Positions 42,999 to 52,800 of a DNA stretch of 64,000 bases are shown here, piece by piece; within the stretch, counting starts at the first letter, position 1; each line of letters starts with the position of its first letter. The notes under the pieces were generated by a model. It had not been told where the DNA came from, did not search any database, and worked only from the letters and a program-made list of their open reading frames with translations. Origin of the DNA: Paludibacteraceae bacterium (GTDB lineage: Bacteria > Bacteroidota > Bacteroidia > Bacteroidales > Paludibacteraceae); NCBI GenBank assembly GCA_045616185.1, contig JAZLGG010000003.1, positions 9,083-73,082 on the forward strand, read 5' to 3'. Position numbers and translations under genes: made by a program.

Positions 42999-43795
42999 AA
43001 GATTTTACATTGGGCAAATATCGTGAATTATTGGTCGCTTTGAAGCGGTCGGGTCGGTCTTTCCTTGCTTTTGAAGACTATTGCGATGCGCGACAGAACA
43101 ATACATTGCCGGCAAACTTCGCGATTTTGCGCCACGATGTTGATCTAAAGGCGGCTAACAGCCTCCGTACAGCGCAGATAGAATATGAATTGGGTATTCG
43201 TGCCGGTTACTATTTCCGCATCGTTCCTCAGAGCAATTGTCCGGACATTATCCGTCAAATAGCGTCTTTGGGACATGAAATCGGTTATCATTATGAGGAC
43301 ATGTCCCTTACGGGTGGCAATGTGGAAAAGGCGATAGAGCATTTTGGCCGTCAATTGGACTATTTCCGTCAATACTACCCCGTGCGCACGATATGTATGC
43401 ACGGTGCTCCGGCCAGCCGGTATGACGGACGCGACCTGTGGAAGAAATACAATTACCGCGATTTCGGCATTATAGGAGAACCGTATTTCGATGCGGATTT
43501 TTCATCCATGCTTTATTTGACGGATACGGGGCGTTGTTGGGACGGATACAAGGTCAGTGTCAGAGACAAGGTCGCCATGCAGGACGAATGGGTGCGCCGC
43601 GGGCTTGTGTTCCATTCTACGGATGACATCATTCATCGGTTGGAGCAGGACGAAGATAATGCCTTGGGGGCGATTATGTTTACCACGCATCCACAGCGGT
43701 GGACCGATAGCCCGACGGCGTGGATGAAGGAAAGGATAATGCAGAGCATTAAGAATAGAATCAAACGGATTATTGTATGGTTAAAAGAGTCATAA
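42995..43795 (+). CDS. divergent polysaccharide deacetylase (CE4/NodB-like) protein
   Basis: Whole track ORF. ATGA overlap with the upstream stop. LRHDVD in place of the NodB TFDDG motif, plus GHEIGYHYE (H-x-x-x-H). The call is tentative. Confidence 0.6.
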   Translation: MKDFTLGKYRELLVALKRSGRSFLAFEDYCDARQNNTLPANFAILRHDVDLKAANSLRTAQIEYELGIRAGYYFRIVPQSNCPDIIRQIASLGHEIGYHYEDMSLTGGNVEKAIEHFGRQLDYFRQYYPVRTICMHGAPASRYDGRDLWKKYNYRDFGIIGEPYFDADFSSMLYLTDTGRCWDGYKVSVRDKVAMQDEWVRRGLVFHSTDDIIHRLEQDEDNALGAIMFTTHPQRWTDSPTAWMKERIMQSIKNRIKRIIVWLKES

Positions 43796-45279
43796 ACGAT
43801 ATAGTCATTTGGGTGATTTCCGGTACCTTCTACATTCTTTGGCGCTTGACGGCGCATAAGAGTACGGTACTTGGGTATATGTCTTTGTTTGCCGTGATGA
43901 TGGCGGCGTGGATTGTGTTGGCGTTCATTTTTCTGAAATATCGCCGTTCGTATAAGGAGAATTGGTATTGGCAGGAAATGCTTTCCATGCTGTTGACGGG
44001 GGGCTCTTTGATGCTTGTCACTTACCATGTCTTGCCTTTGTTGCCGTATGGTTTTTCAATGACGGTCGCTTTGTGGATAACGGGGATAGTGATGATTGTC
44101 CAATCGGTGGCTATCTTGTGCCGCCATTATTGGAAGTTTGCTTTGAATATGACCGTTCCTGCGATGGAGATTGAGCAACGTGCCAACGCCTCGGTGCGCG
44201 GCAAGGATGAACTCCGTACACCGGAATCTGTCGAAAATGTACATCAGGCTGTTTTGTCGCTGACAACGGAGGACGATTTTCGGATGCTGTTGGACAAAGC
44301 CCGCTTGGACAGCCGTTTGACCAAGGTCGTGGCGAATAGAGACCGTTTCTCTTTCTTACAGTTGCCTGATTATCAGTACAGCACATTGGTTGACCTGACG
44401 CTACTCAATGATGCTAAAGGCATTAACCGCCGTTTTTGTATCGTCAATCAGAAACTGCCGGACAACGGGCGCTATGTCTGTTGCTATCGTCCGCAGGAGT
44501 ATATTCAACAAAAATTATTGTCGTCCTATCCGTGGGGTATCAATTACATCGTATGGTTCTTTTGGTTTATGTACCGCCGTGTTTTCCCGCGTCTGGTCTT
44601 GACTTCGCGCATGCATTATGATATCACGCGCGGGCGCAAGCGTGTGTTGTCCAAAACCGAGGTGTTGGGCAGGCTCTATTATTGCGGTTTTGAGGTGGAA
44701 GACATTGTACCGATGGGACATATCGAATATGTCTTTGCCCGTCGTTGTTCGCAGCCTTATCCGCAGGAACAATTGAAAGTCTACGGCCCGCTGATTAAAC
44801 TGCCGCGTGTCTGCAAAAACAAAGAGATTGTCTGGTTTTATAAGTTCAGGACGATGCATCCCTATTCGGAGTACATCCAAAAATATGTCTTTGACCGTCG
44901 TGGGGGAATGAATATCGCCGACAAGTCCGATGATGATTTTCGCATTACGGGCTGGGGGCGTCTGATGCGCAAGTACTGGCTGGACGAACTGCCGATGCTC
45001 TACAACTGGGTGCGCGGTGATGTCAAGTTGGTCGGCGTGCGTCCTTTGTCGCGGACGATGTTTGACACTTATCCGAAGGACTTGCAGGACAAACGCACTC
45101 GTTGCAAACCCGGCTTGATTCCGCCTTTCTATGTGGACCATCCCGACGATTTTGATGCCTTGTTTGCGTCGGAGAACAAGTATCTGGACGAATATTTTGA
45201 GCATCCGTTCCGTACGGATGTCCGTTATTTCTTCTTGACCTTGCGCTCTATTTTGTTTAAAAAGATGCATAGTGCCTGA
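43777..45279 (+). CDS. membrane sugar transferase (polyprenyl-phosphate glycosyl-phosphotransferase family)
   Basis: Whole track ORF. Four or five N-terminal TM helices. C-terminal bacterial sugar transferase domain (FRTM......ITGWGRLMRKYWLDELPMLYNWVRGDVKLVGVRPL). Confidence 0.85.
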   Translation: MVKRVINDIVIWVISGTFYILWRLTAHKSTVLGYMSLFAVMMAAWIVLAFIFLKYRRSYKENWYWQEMLSMLLTGGSLMLVTYHVLPLLPYGFSMTVALWITGIVMIVQSVAILCRHYWKFALNMTVPAMEIEQRANASVRGKDELRTPESVENVHQAVLSLTTEDDFRMLLDKARLDSRLTKVVANRDRFSFLQLPDYQYSTLVDLTLLNDAKGINRRFCIVNQKLPDNGRYVCCYRPQEYIQQKLLSSYPWGINYIVWFFWFMYRRVFPRLVLTSRMHYDITRGRKRVLSKTEVLGRLYYCGFEVEDIVPMGHIEYVFARRCSQPYPQEQLKVYGPLIKLPRVCKNKEIVWFYKFRTMHPYSEYIQKYVFDRRGGMNIADKSDDDFRITGWGRLMRKYWLDELPMLYNWVRGDVKLVGVRPLSRTMFDTYPKDLQDKRTRCKPGLIPPFYVDHPDDFDALFASENKYLDEYFEHPFRTDVRYFFLTLRSILFKKMHSA

Positions 45280-48215
45280 TGGAGATTTTTACCGACTCGT
45301 TGCACCGTATCGCTTACGCGACGGACGCTTCCGCTTATCGTGAGATGCCTCTCGGAGTTGCTTATCCGCGTACCGAGGAGGATGTCCGTTGGCTGATGGC
45401 TGAGGCACGCAGGCGGCGTACCTGCCTTATCCCGCGTGCCGGCGGCACAAGCATAGCCGGACAAGTGGTCGGAAATGGTATCGTGGTGGATGTTAGCCGG
45501 TATATGAACCGCATCTTGGAGATTAACGCTGAGGAGCGGTGGGTGCGTGTCCAGCCCGGCGTGGTGCGTGATGAACTGAACAAGGCCCTGTTGCCTTACG
45601 GTTTGTTCTTTTCGCCGGAGACTTCCACTTCCAATCGTTGCTGCATAGGCGGCATGGTGGGCAACAACAGTTGCGGCACCCATTCATTGGTTTATGGCAG
45701 TACGCGCCATCATGTTTTGTCGGTTCGCGCCTTGTTGAGCGACGGAACAGTCATGGGGGAGGGCAGTCCGTTGGACCGGACCGTCCATGAACAGTTGGAA
45801 CACTGGCGGAATGACTCCGGACTGCGCCGTTTGTTGGCTGAACATTTTCCGGACAAGGCCTTGAAACGCCGCAGTTGCGGTTATGCCTTGGACGAGTGCC
45901 TTGAGGCTTTGGACGGGGACTCTGACAGTGCCCGCCATTTGGCGGACAGCCTCCTGCTGACCGGCAGCGAGGGCACGTTGGCTTTCGTTACGGAGATAAC
46001 CCTGTCTTTGGACTCTCTCCCGCCGAAGGAAATGATGGTGGTCTGCCTCCATCTCAACGACTTGAACGAGGCATGGCACGCCAATCTGGTTGCTTTGCGT
46101 TGTCATCCGACGGCGATCGAACTGATGGACGGCAAAATATTGGAGTTATGCAAAGGCAATATCGAGGCGCAGAAAAACCGTTTCTTCGTACAGGGTGACC
46201 CTGCTGCATTGCTTATCGTCGAGTTCCGTGCCGATACGCGGGCGGAGTTGGATGCGCAGGCACAACATTTCGTACAGGAATATGCCGGGTCCGTATCGGG
46301 TGATTATCGGGTGATTAACGGACGATTAACGGTTGATTCCTATGACGTGCAGCCGCTTTGTTCGTATGTTTACGGGAATGATGTGCAGCGTGTCTGGGCG
46401 TTACGCAAGGCCGGATTAGGGGTCCTTACATCCGGCGACAGGGACGCCAAACCGGTGGGTGTCATTGAGGATACTGCGGTTGCACCCGAACGGATGGAGG
46501 TGTATATGGCCGATTTTCAGGCGATGATGAAGCGCTTGGATTTGGATTGCGTCTATTACGGGCATATTTCCACGGGCGAGTTGCACCTGCGTCCCGTTTT
46601 GAATTTGAAAGATGCGAAGGATCTCCGCAAGTTCCGTGAGGTGGCTACCGAGACGGCTCGCTTGGTCAAGAAACATAAAGGGAGCCTCTCCGGCGAGCAT
46701 GGCGACGGCCGTCTGCGCGGGGAGTTCATTCCATTGATGTACGGAGAGGAGGTTTATGATTTGTTCTGCCGCCTGAAACGCCTGTGGGATCCGGACGGTA
46801 TTCTCAATGTCGGCAAGATTGTCAATACGCCGCCGATGGACGCTTTTATGCGTTACGGGGTGGGGCAGTCGTATGCTGTCGCGGCTGACAGTAAGGTGAT
46901 GCCGGATGTCTGCGGTTTGATGCGCCGTATTGAGCGGTGCAACGGTGCGGGCGACTGCCGTAAATCGACCTTGATGGGCGGAACAATGTGTCCGGCGTTT
47001 AAAGCCAGCGGGGACGAACTCAAAACGACGAGGGCGCGGGCGAATGTACTGCGTGAGAAACTGACGCGCGACCCTAAGGGTCTCTTGTCGCCCGAGGTGG
47101 CCGAGGTGTTGGATTCTTGCCTTGCTTGTAAGGGTTGTCGCCGCGAATGCCCAAGCGATGTGGATATGACAAGCATTCGCTCGGAAGTATTGCAGGCCAA
47201 ATTCGATTTGACGCATACACCTTTGCGCACGTGGATGGTAGCTCGTATGGCACGGGTGGAACGGTTTGGCTCGCTTGTGCCGACGGTGTACAACTGGTTT
47301 GCGGCCAATCGTTGGACGGCCGGACTGATAAAGAAAACGGTGCGTTTCTCCGTACGCCGGAATATTCCTGCGCTCAGCCGTCATACGATGCGTTGGTGTA
47401 TCCGTCATGATGCTGTCTGCCGTTCGGAAGGCACAACCAAAGGCAAGGTTTATTTGTTTGCGGACGAGTTTACCGATTATCAGGAGGCGGAACTGGGGCT
47501 GACTTTTGCCCGTTTGGTGCGCAGGTTAGGTTATGAGGTAGTTGTTCCGAAGCATGTGGAGTCGGGTAGGGCGGCTATTTCCAAAGGTTGTTTGCATTTG
47601 GCGGCCAAGTACGCGGCCAAGAATGTGTCGCTACTGGGCGGTCTGGTGTCAGACGATACACCGTTAATCGGCATTGAGCCGTCGTGTATCTTATCGTTCC
47701 GTGACGAGTATCCGCGTTTGGTGCCGTTAGGGCAACGCGAGACGGCTATCGCCTTGGCCAAGAATTGTTTGTTGTATGACGAGTGGTTGATGCGCGAGGT
47801 GGCTAAAGGGAATATCACATCGGATTTGTTCCGTGAACTGTCGGCGGACATCTGGCTGCACGGCCATTGCCATCAGAAGGCGTTGGTTGGAGTGGAGAAG
47901 ACGGCGGAAGCCTTACGGTTGATTCCGGGTGTGACGGTGCATGTCATTCCGTCGGGTTGTTGCGGTATGGCCGGCAGTTTCGGCTATGAGGAAGAACATT
48001 ACGAAACATCGATGGCTATTGGTGAAACAGTCCTGTTCCCTGCTATCCGTCAAGCCGTAGCCTCCTCCACCTCGTCCGCAGGCCTCAAAGCGGACAAGTC
48101 CGCACTTTCCACTATCATCTGTGCTCCGGGTACTTCCTGTCGCCAACAGATAATGGATGGCACCGGCATTACTGCCCGCCATCCTCTTGAAATATTGTAC
48201 GCTGCGTTAAAATGA
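45279..48215 (+). CDS. FAD-binding oxidase fused to an (Fe-S)-binding and CCG-domain region (GlcD/GlcF-like)
   Basis: Whole track ORF. The ATG shares one base with the upstream TGA. FAD PCMH domain (PRAGGTSIAGQ); cluster motif CLACKGCRRECP; C-terminal Cys-rich CCG repeats (PSGCCGMAGSFG). Confidence 0.88.
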   Translation: MEIFTDSLHRIAYATDASAYREMPLGVAYPRTEEDVRWLMAEARRRRTCLIPRAGGTSIAGQVVGNGIVVDVSRYMNRILEINAEERWVRVQPGVVRDELNKALLPYGLFFSPETSTSNRCCIGGMVGNNSCGTHSLVYGSTRHHVLSVRALLSDGTVMGEGSPLDRTVHEQLEHWRNDSGLRRLLAEHFPDKALKRRSCGYALDECLEALDGDSDSARHLADSLLLTGSEGTLAFVTEITLSLDSLPPKEMMVVCLHLNDLNEAWHANLVALRCHPTAIELMDGKILELCKGNIEAQKNRFFVQGDPAALLIVEFRADTRAELDAQAQHFVQEYAGSVSGDYRVINGRLTVDSYDVQPLCSYVYGNDVQRVWALRKAGLGVLTSGDRDAKPVGVIEDTAVAPERMEVYMADFQAMMKRLDLDCVYYGHISTGELHLRPVLNLKDAKDLRKFREVATETARLVKKHKGSLSGEHGDGRLRGEFIPLMYGEEVYDLFCRLKRLWDPDGILNVGKIVNTPPMDAFMRYGVGQSYAVAADSKVMPDVCGLMRRIERCNGAGDCRKSTLMGGTMCPAFKASGDELKTTRARANVLREKLTRDPKGLLSPEVAEVLDSCLACKGCRRECPSDVDMTSIRSEVLQAKFDLTHTPLRTWMVARMARVERFGSLVPTVYNWFAANRWTAGLIKKTVRFSVRRNIPALSRHTMRWCIRHDAVCRSEGTTKGKVYLFADEFTDYQEAELGLTFARLVRRLGYEVVVPKHVESGRAAISKGCLHLAAKYAAKNVSLLGGLVSDDTPLIGIEPSCILSFRDEYPRLVPLGQRETAIALAKNCLLYDEWLMREVAKGNITSDLFRELSADIWLHGHCHQKALVGVEKTAEALRLIPGVTVHVIPSGCCGMAGSFGYEEEHYETSMAIGETVLFPAIRQAVASSTSSAGLKADKSALSTIICAPGTSCRQQIMDGTGITARHPLEILYAALK

Positions 48216-48247
48216 ACGGTAGTTCGTAATTTTTAACGTTTAATTCT

Positions 48248-48964
48248 TTATTCGCCGCCCCATATTTGTTTTACAAACGCTTCGGCGTAGTGGCATTGGA
48301 ACTCCAGTCCGCGCATGCCTTCCATCGTGTCGTGAAATTTTTGGATGTTGCCGTCGGTATTTTGACTGACGTGGCACAAATAAGCCTCTAATTTCTTGTC
48401 GCGGGTGCTGTCAATGTTGACGTACGAAGTTGGGGTGAAATTTTGGGTTTGCAGACCGGTCATCACTTCGGTATAGTAGAGGTCGAAACTGTGTCCCGTC
48501 ATCCGCCATGCGTCATAAACGAGCAGTGAGCAGTTGCGGTGGTCTCGGTGAGAATCAATAGGCCAGTGGGTGATGACCATTTCGGGCCGTTCGGCTTCTA
48601 TTAAGGCCTTCATTTCGGCATAGCGTGCTTTGTTTATTTCGCTGTTGCCGTCTATTTGGGTCATGAAAACAGGCCGTACATCCAGTACACGGCAGGCTTG
48701 CAGTGCTTCGGCACGGCGTATGCGTGCGGTCTCTTCTTGTGACTTGCCGGGTATGCCCCCTTCGCCGGAGGTAAAATAGACGCAGACCACTTCGCAGCCT
48801 GCTTCGCGCAGTTTGGCCATTGTGCCGCCGCACATCGATTCGGGGTCGTCCGGATGGGCACCGATAACCATTACTTTTTTATAGCCGGCTTTCATGATGT
48901 CCTGTGCTGCCGTCGTGCCGGCAAAAGCCACGGCCAAACAGAGTGCAATTACAATACGTCTCAT
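48248..48964 (-). CDS. PIG-L (LmbE) family deacetylase
   Basis: Whole track ORF. Signal peptide, then VIGAHPDDPE and HRDH motifs. Confidence 0.85.
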   Translation of the reverse strand: MRRIVIALCLAVAFAGTTAAQDIMKAGYKKVMVIGAHPDDPESMCGGTMAKLREAGCEVVCVYFTSGEGGIPGKSQEETARIRRAEALQACRVLDVRPVFMTQIDGNSEINKARYAEMKALIEAERPEMVITHWPIDSHRDHRNCSLLVYDAWRMTGHSFDLYYTEVMTGLQTQNFTPTSYVNIDSTRDKKLEAYLCHVSQNTDGNIQKFHDTMEGMRGLEFQCHYAEAFVKQIWGGE

Positions 48965-48984
48965 ACTATATTATCATTAATATA

Positions 48985-49016
48985 CCACTTTCCACCTTCC
49001 ACTTTTCACTTTCCAC
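48985..49016. repeat. word-repeat block (ccactttccaccttccacttttcactttccac)
   Basis: Lies between the esterase stop and the PIG-L start. Same ctttccac word as at 5041-5056 and 52803-52816. Confidence 0.8.
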
Positions 49017-51223
49017 TAAAATAATCTCGGCAAGAACAGTTTGAGGTAATCCATCCAGTTCTTCCAACTGTGTCCGCCTTCCGATTCGTGGTATTCGTAC
49101 TTGTAGCCGTGTTCGTCCAAATAGTGGCGATAGGTCACGTTGGTGCCGTGCAAACGGTCTTTTTCGCCCATGGCTATCCAATAGAGGCGCGGAGCGTGGG
49201 CGAATTGTGCGGCCAATTCTTCTTCCGTATGGGCATAGTAGGGGATAGTAGAATCGGGTTCACGGAGAGCGGCTGAGAACAGTCCTACATAGTTGAAGCA
49301 GTTCAGTTTGTGCGCAATGTGCATTGAGTGAAATCCGCCCATTGACAGTCCTGCAATAGCGCGGTGCTGTTTGTCGGCGGCGATGCGGTAGTTCTGCTCG
49401 GTCCACGCGATAAGGCGCGGGAAGGATGATTCAAACTTGCCATCACGCCAGATGCGTTCTTGGTCGCCTTGTTTGTCGCCTTCGGGTTTCATTTGGTCGA
49501 TTGTTTTCAGGAAACCGTTGGGCATGATAACTACCATCGGTTTGCATAGCCCTTTGCCTATCATGTTGTCCAGTATCTCTTTGGCATGGCCGAGTCGGTT
49601 CCATCCTTCTTCGTCGTCACCGCTACCGTGCAGCAGGTACAGAACAGGGTAGGCGATGTTACTGTCGTCGTAGCCGGCGGGTAAATAGACGCAAACACCC
49701 GCGTCACCGTTTTCGGCAGGGAAGACGGTGGTGATGAACCGGCTGGGTGAGGAAACTTCCGTGGGGCGTGCCGGCATCTTGTCGGTGCGGAAAGGTACCA
49801 CGGGCATATAGCGCAGGTTGGCGGCGTTGCCGAGAAGGAAATTGCGGAAACAGTAGCGTGCCGCTACGGGGTGTTCCACTTCGGGTGATGATACAATCAG
49901 CCCGTTTATCAGGCTTGGATGCGCTTTGGCCTGCGCCGGAACGAATACGCCATCGGCACCGGCAACCTCAAACCCGCGTAGTCCGTGGTAGTTGGCGAGG
50001 CCGGAGCGGCAGTTGGTGAAGAACAGATGTATTTCACTGCCGTGTATCTCGTAGCCGTCCAGTTGCGGGCTGTAGCAGTGCACACCGTACATGCCGTAAT
50101 CGCGGTGGAGTGCCAGAAAAGCGAGGCGTTTGCCCACATCCTGTTTGTTGGCAGGGTGGATATTGTCTATTTCGTAGTCGTAGGTAATGTCATTGGTGGA
50201 TACGCCGGCGCAGTTGGGCACCATCTTTTCCACTTGCCATTGGGCTTCGCGCAGTTCGGCGGCGTTGATGTCGTTGGGGTCATTATATTGGAAGGGCGCT
50301 ATCTCCACGAAATAGAACGGCAGATTGCCTTGTCCGAACAGTTGGCGCCAGTTGGTTATCATATCGGCGCTGCGTTGGGCATAGGTATCGGCGTGCCCCA
50401 CGTTGGAGCAACCTTGGTACCACAGAAAGCCTTTTATCGTGTAGTTGTGTAGCGGATAGAGCATCGAGTTGTACATCACCATCGGTTTGGTGCAGTCAAT
50501 ACGGAGCGAGTTGATATGTTCCTCGCTGAGGTTAACGTCGGGGTAGGTGGCCAGTATCTCGCGGGGCAGCCAGGATTCAATGTGTGTCCCTCCCCATGAG
50601 CAGTTGATGATGCCGACGGGCACATCCAGAGCCTGTTGCAGCGTCTCGGCAAAGAAATAGGCGGCTGCGCCGAAAGCGGCGGCGTTGGCGGCCGTGCAGT
50701 CCTTCCAGTGCCCTGGCGCGTCTTGTTCGGGCGTGAAGGACATCTTGCGGCGGATAGTGGCGTAGCGTATTTTGTCTTTGTGCTGCCCTGCGGCGGCAAT
50801 CACGGCGTTGGCGTCACGGATCGGGCATTTCCAGAACCCTTCCATCGGCATCTCCATGTTGCTTTGTCCGCCTCCCAGCCATACTTCGCCGATAAGGACG
50901 CTGTCAAGGGTCAGACTATGTGAGGGGCGTATCTTGCATCCTACGGGTATTTCATTGAATTGGATGCGGTGCATCGTGTACGATGCGGCGGGGGTGTTGA
51001 CGGAAACTATCCATTGTCCGCGCCCGTTGGCGGTCGTTTCGGCTTGGGCACCCCACGAGGCATCAATCAGTACGCGGCTGTATGGTGCTGCGGTACCCCA
51101 CAGGTTTACTTGGGCTTGTTGTTGCAGAACAGGTTTGTAGGCTAACATTTCGGGCAACTCGATGGCTGCTTGCATGCCTGTTGCCGCTATCAGCACCAGA
51201 CAAAAAAGAATCGCTTTTTTCAT
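49016..51223 (-). CDS. sialate O-acetylesterase (SASA/SGNH) domain fused to an alpha/beta-hydrolase esterase domain
   Basis: Whole track ORF with a signal peptide. GEVWLGGGQSNMEMPMEG and WYQG.SN in the N-terminal two thirds. C-terminal putative-esterase fold (LYLLHGSGDDEEGW, GLSMGGFHS). Confidence 0.8.
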   Translation of the reverse strand: MKKAILFCLVLIAATGMQAAIELPEMLAYKPVLQQQAQVNLWGTAAPYSRVLIDASWGAQAETTANGRGQWIVSVNTPAASYTMHRIQFNEIPVGCKIRPSHSLTLDSVLIGEVWLGGGQSNMEMPMEGFWKCPIRDANAVIAAAGQHKDKIRYATIRRKMSFTPEQDAPGHWKDCTAANAAAFGAAAYFFAETLQQALDVPVGIINCSWGGTHIESWLPREILATYPDVNLSEEHINSLRIDCTKPMVMYNSMLYPLHNYTIKGFLWYQGCSNVGHADTYAQRSADMITNWRQLFGQGNLPFYFVEIAPFQYNDPNDINAAELREAQWQVEKMVPNCAGVSTNDITYDYEIDNIHPANKQDVGKRLAFLALHRDYGMYGVHCYSPQLDGYEIHGSEIHLFFTNCRSGLANYHGLRGFEVAGADGVFVPAQAKAHPSLINGLIVSSPEVEHPVAARYCFRNFLLGNAANLRYMPVVPFRTDKMPARPTEVSSPSRFITTVFPAENGDAGVCVYLPAGYDDSNIAYPVLYLLHGSGDDEEGWNRLGHAKEILDNMIGKGLCKPMVVIMPNGFLKTIDQMKPEGDKQGDQERIWRDGKFESSFPRLIAWTEQNYRIAADKQHRAIAGLSMGGFHSMHIAHKLNCFNYVGLFSAALREPDSTIPYYAHTEEELAAQFAHAPRLYWIAMGEKDRLHGTNVTYRHYLDEHGYKYEYHESEGGHSWKNWMDYLKLFLPRLF

Positions 51224-51243
51224 GGTATAGTAATATTTTTGTG

Positions 51244-51251
51244 CAAAGTTA
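51244..51251 (-). promoter_or_regulatory. -7 box (TAACTTTG) for the esterase gene
   Basis: Reverse complement of caaagtta, 20 nt upstream of ATG 51223. Confidence 0.5.
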
Positions 51252-51346
51252 GTAAAAAAAATTTGATTGCCAAATTTTTGGATGGTAAATTTAGAGTTTA
51301 ATGTGGTATGTGAAACGTTTTCAGTAGCGCAGCGTTTAGTAGGTCT

Positions 51347-52714
51347 CTACTCTCTATTCAGTACCGTTGCTTTTTCCGTAGCCCGTGTCAATGCGGTGTA
51401 CAGCCATCGGGTGTCTTCGATGGTGGCGGTGCCGTCCGTCGGTACCCGTTCGGGGTCAATAAAGACATGCCGCCATTGGCCGCCCTGTGCCTTGTGGCAG
51501 GTAACCGCGTAGGCAAAGCGTATCTGCAGGGCGTTGAAATAGGGGGACTCTTTGATGCGCTCTATCTTGTCTCTTTGTCGGGTCAGTTCGGGATAATCCT
51601 CCGCAATGCGTTCAAAGAGCGTGCGTTGCATTGCGTAGTGGTCGTCAGGTGTGGCGGTGGTCAGCGTGTCCAGCCACAATAGGGCGTCTATCTCGTGCCC
51701 GTAATCCACAGACAGTAGTGTCGCATCGGCAAAACGGAAACCGTACATCTCCCGTACGTTGCGCAGGCGCATCACGGTAAACATGTCCCCGTTGGCGATG
51801 AAAGGCAGGTCGTCGTAGTCGCGGCTTTGGAAATAGTTGTTCCGGCAGACCATGATGCGGTCTCCTGTGGTGATGTCTTCTTCGCGGTACAGGATGCGGG
51901 CGCGTACCCCTTGATTATACAGGTTGGTGCGGTAGTTGCTGCGGGTTATTATCAGTGTCTCCTCTTCGCCAACGGTGCGGTAACTGTTCTCTATGGCTTC
52001 CACCATCGCTTGCGGAGCAAGCATTTGCATATCCTCCGCCGGTGTCAAGACGGGGGTGGGGTATCCTTGTGTGAGGTAGTCTCGCAGCCGTGTGGCGTTG
52101 GACAGAATACCGCTGTCCAGCGCTTGGCGGGCTACTTCGGTAAGGCATGCAGACGACAGGTCCACGCCGTAACCGGCCAGAAAGTCAGGGTCTAAGGCAC
52201 ATGACATAGACGATTCGACGGGTGGCAACTGGGCGTCATCGCCGAGCAGCAGCAGTTTGCATCCTGCGCCTTGATAGACATAGCACATCAGGTCGTCTAA
52301 TAGTTCGCGGCTTATCATGCCGGCTTCATCCGCAATGAACAGCGTGTGGGTGTGTTTGTTTTCTTGGAGAGCGAAAGGGGTGCGGCTGTCGTTGCCGGGC
52401 AGGAGAGTCCCGCCGCGATAGATGCACTTGTGGATAGTGAAGGCGTTTTGTCCGGCGTAGTGACCGAGGACTTTGGCAGCACGGCCGGTGGGTGCCAACA
52501 GCACATGCCGCATCTCCGCTTTTTCCATCACTTTGACAAGTGCGGCCATAAGGGAGGTTTTGCCTGTTCCGGCATAGCCGCGGAGCAGGAAGCATGGTTT
52601 GTCGTTTGGCGACAATAGGAAGGCGGCCAACAGACCGATAGCCTTTTTTTGGCCTTCGTTGGGCGAAAACGACAACTCGGCCGTTATCTGCGATATAAGG
52701 AACGCATCAAGCAT
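51347..52714 (-). CDS. RecD/Dda-like SF1 DNA helicase
   Basis: Track ORF 51347..52810(-). Start at MLDAFLISQI (ATG 52714), since the longer extension runs across the promoter box. Walker A GYAGTGKTSL, Walker B LFIADEAGM, C-terminal AYAVTCHKAQGGQW. Confidence 0.85.
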   Translation of the reverse strand: MLDAFLISQITAELSFSPNEGQKKAIGLLAAFLLSPNDKPCFLLRGYAGTGKTSLMAALVKVMEKAEMRHVLLAPTGRAAKVLGHYAGQNAFTIHKCIYRGGTLLPGNDSRTPFALQENKHTHTLFIADEAGMISRELLDDLMCYVYQGAGCKLLLLGDDAQLPPVESSMSCALDPDFLAGYGVDLSSACLTEVARQALDSGILSNATRLRDYLTQGYPTPVLTPAEDMQMLAPQAMVEAIENSYRTVGEEETLIITRSNYRTNLYNQGVRARILYREEDITTGDRIMVCRNNYFQSRDYDDLPFIANGDMFTVMRLRNVREMYGFRFADATLLSVDYGHEIDALLWLDTLTTATPDDHYAMQRTLFERIAEDYPELTRQRDKIERIKESPYFNALQIRFAYAVTCHKAQGGQWRHVFIDPERVPTDGTATIEDTRWLYTALTRATEKATVLNRE

Positions 52715-52721
52715 CACCGCA

Positions 52722-52729
52722 CAAAGGTA
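52722..52729 (-). promoter_or_regulatory. -7 box (TACCTTTG) for the helicase gene
   Basis: Reverse complement of caaaggta, 7 nt from ATG 52714. Confidence 0.45.
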
Positions 52730-52773
52730 GTGTTTTTTTTCCGAATGTGCAAATTTTTTAGTCATTTTCTCGG

Positions 52774-52798
52774 GTGTCGGTCGAGAGTTGACCGACAC
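52774..52798. repeat. perfect 9-bp inverted repeat gtgtcggtc-gagagtt-gaccgacac upstream of the helicase promoter
   Basis: Read directly from the sequence, 45-70 nt upstream of the minus-strand -7 box at 52722-52729. Confidence 0.7.
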
Positions 52799-52800
52799 TT

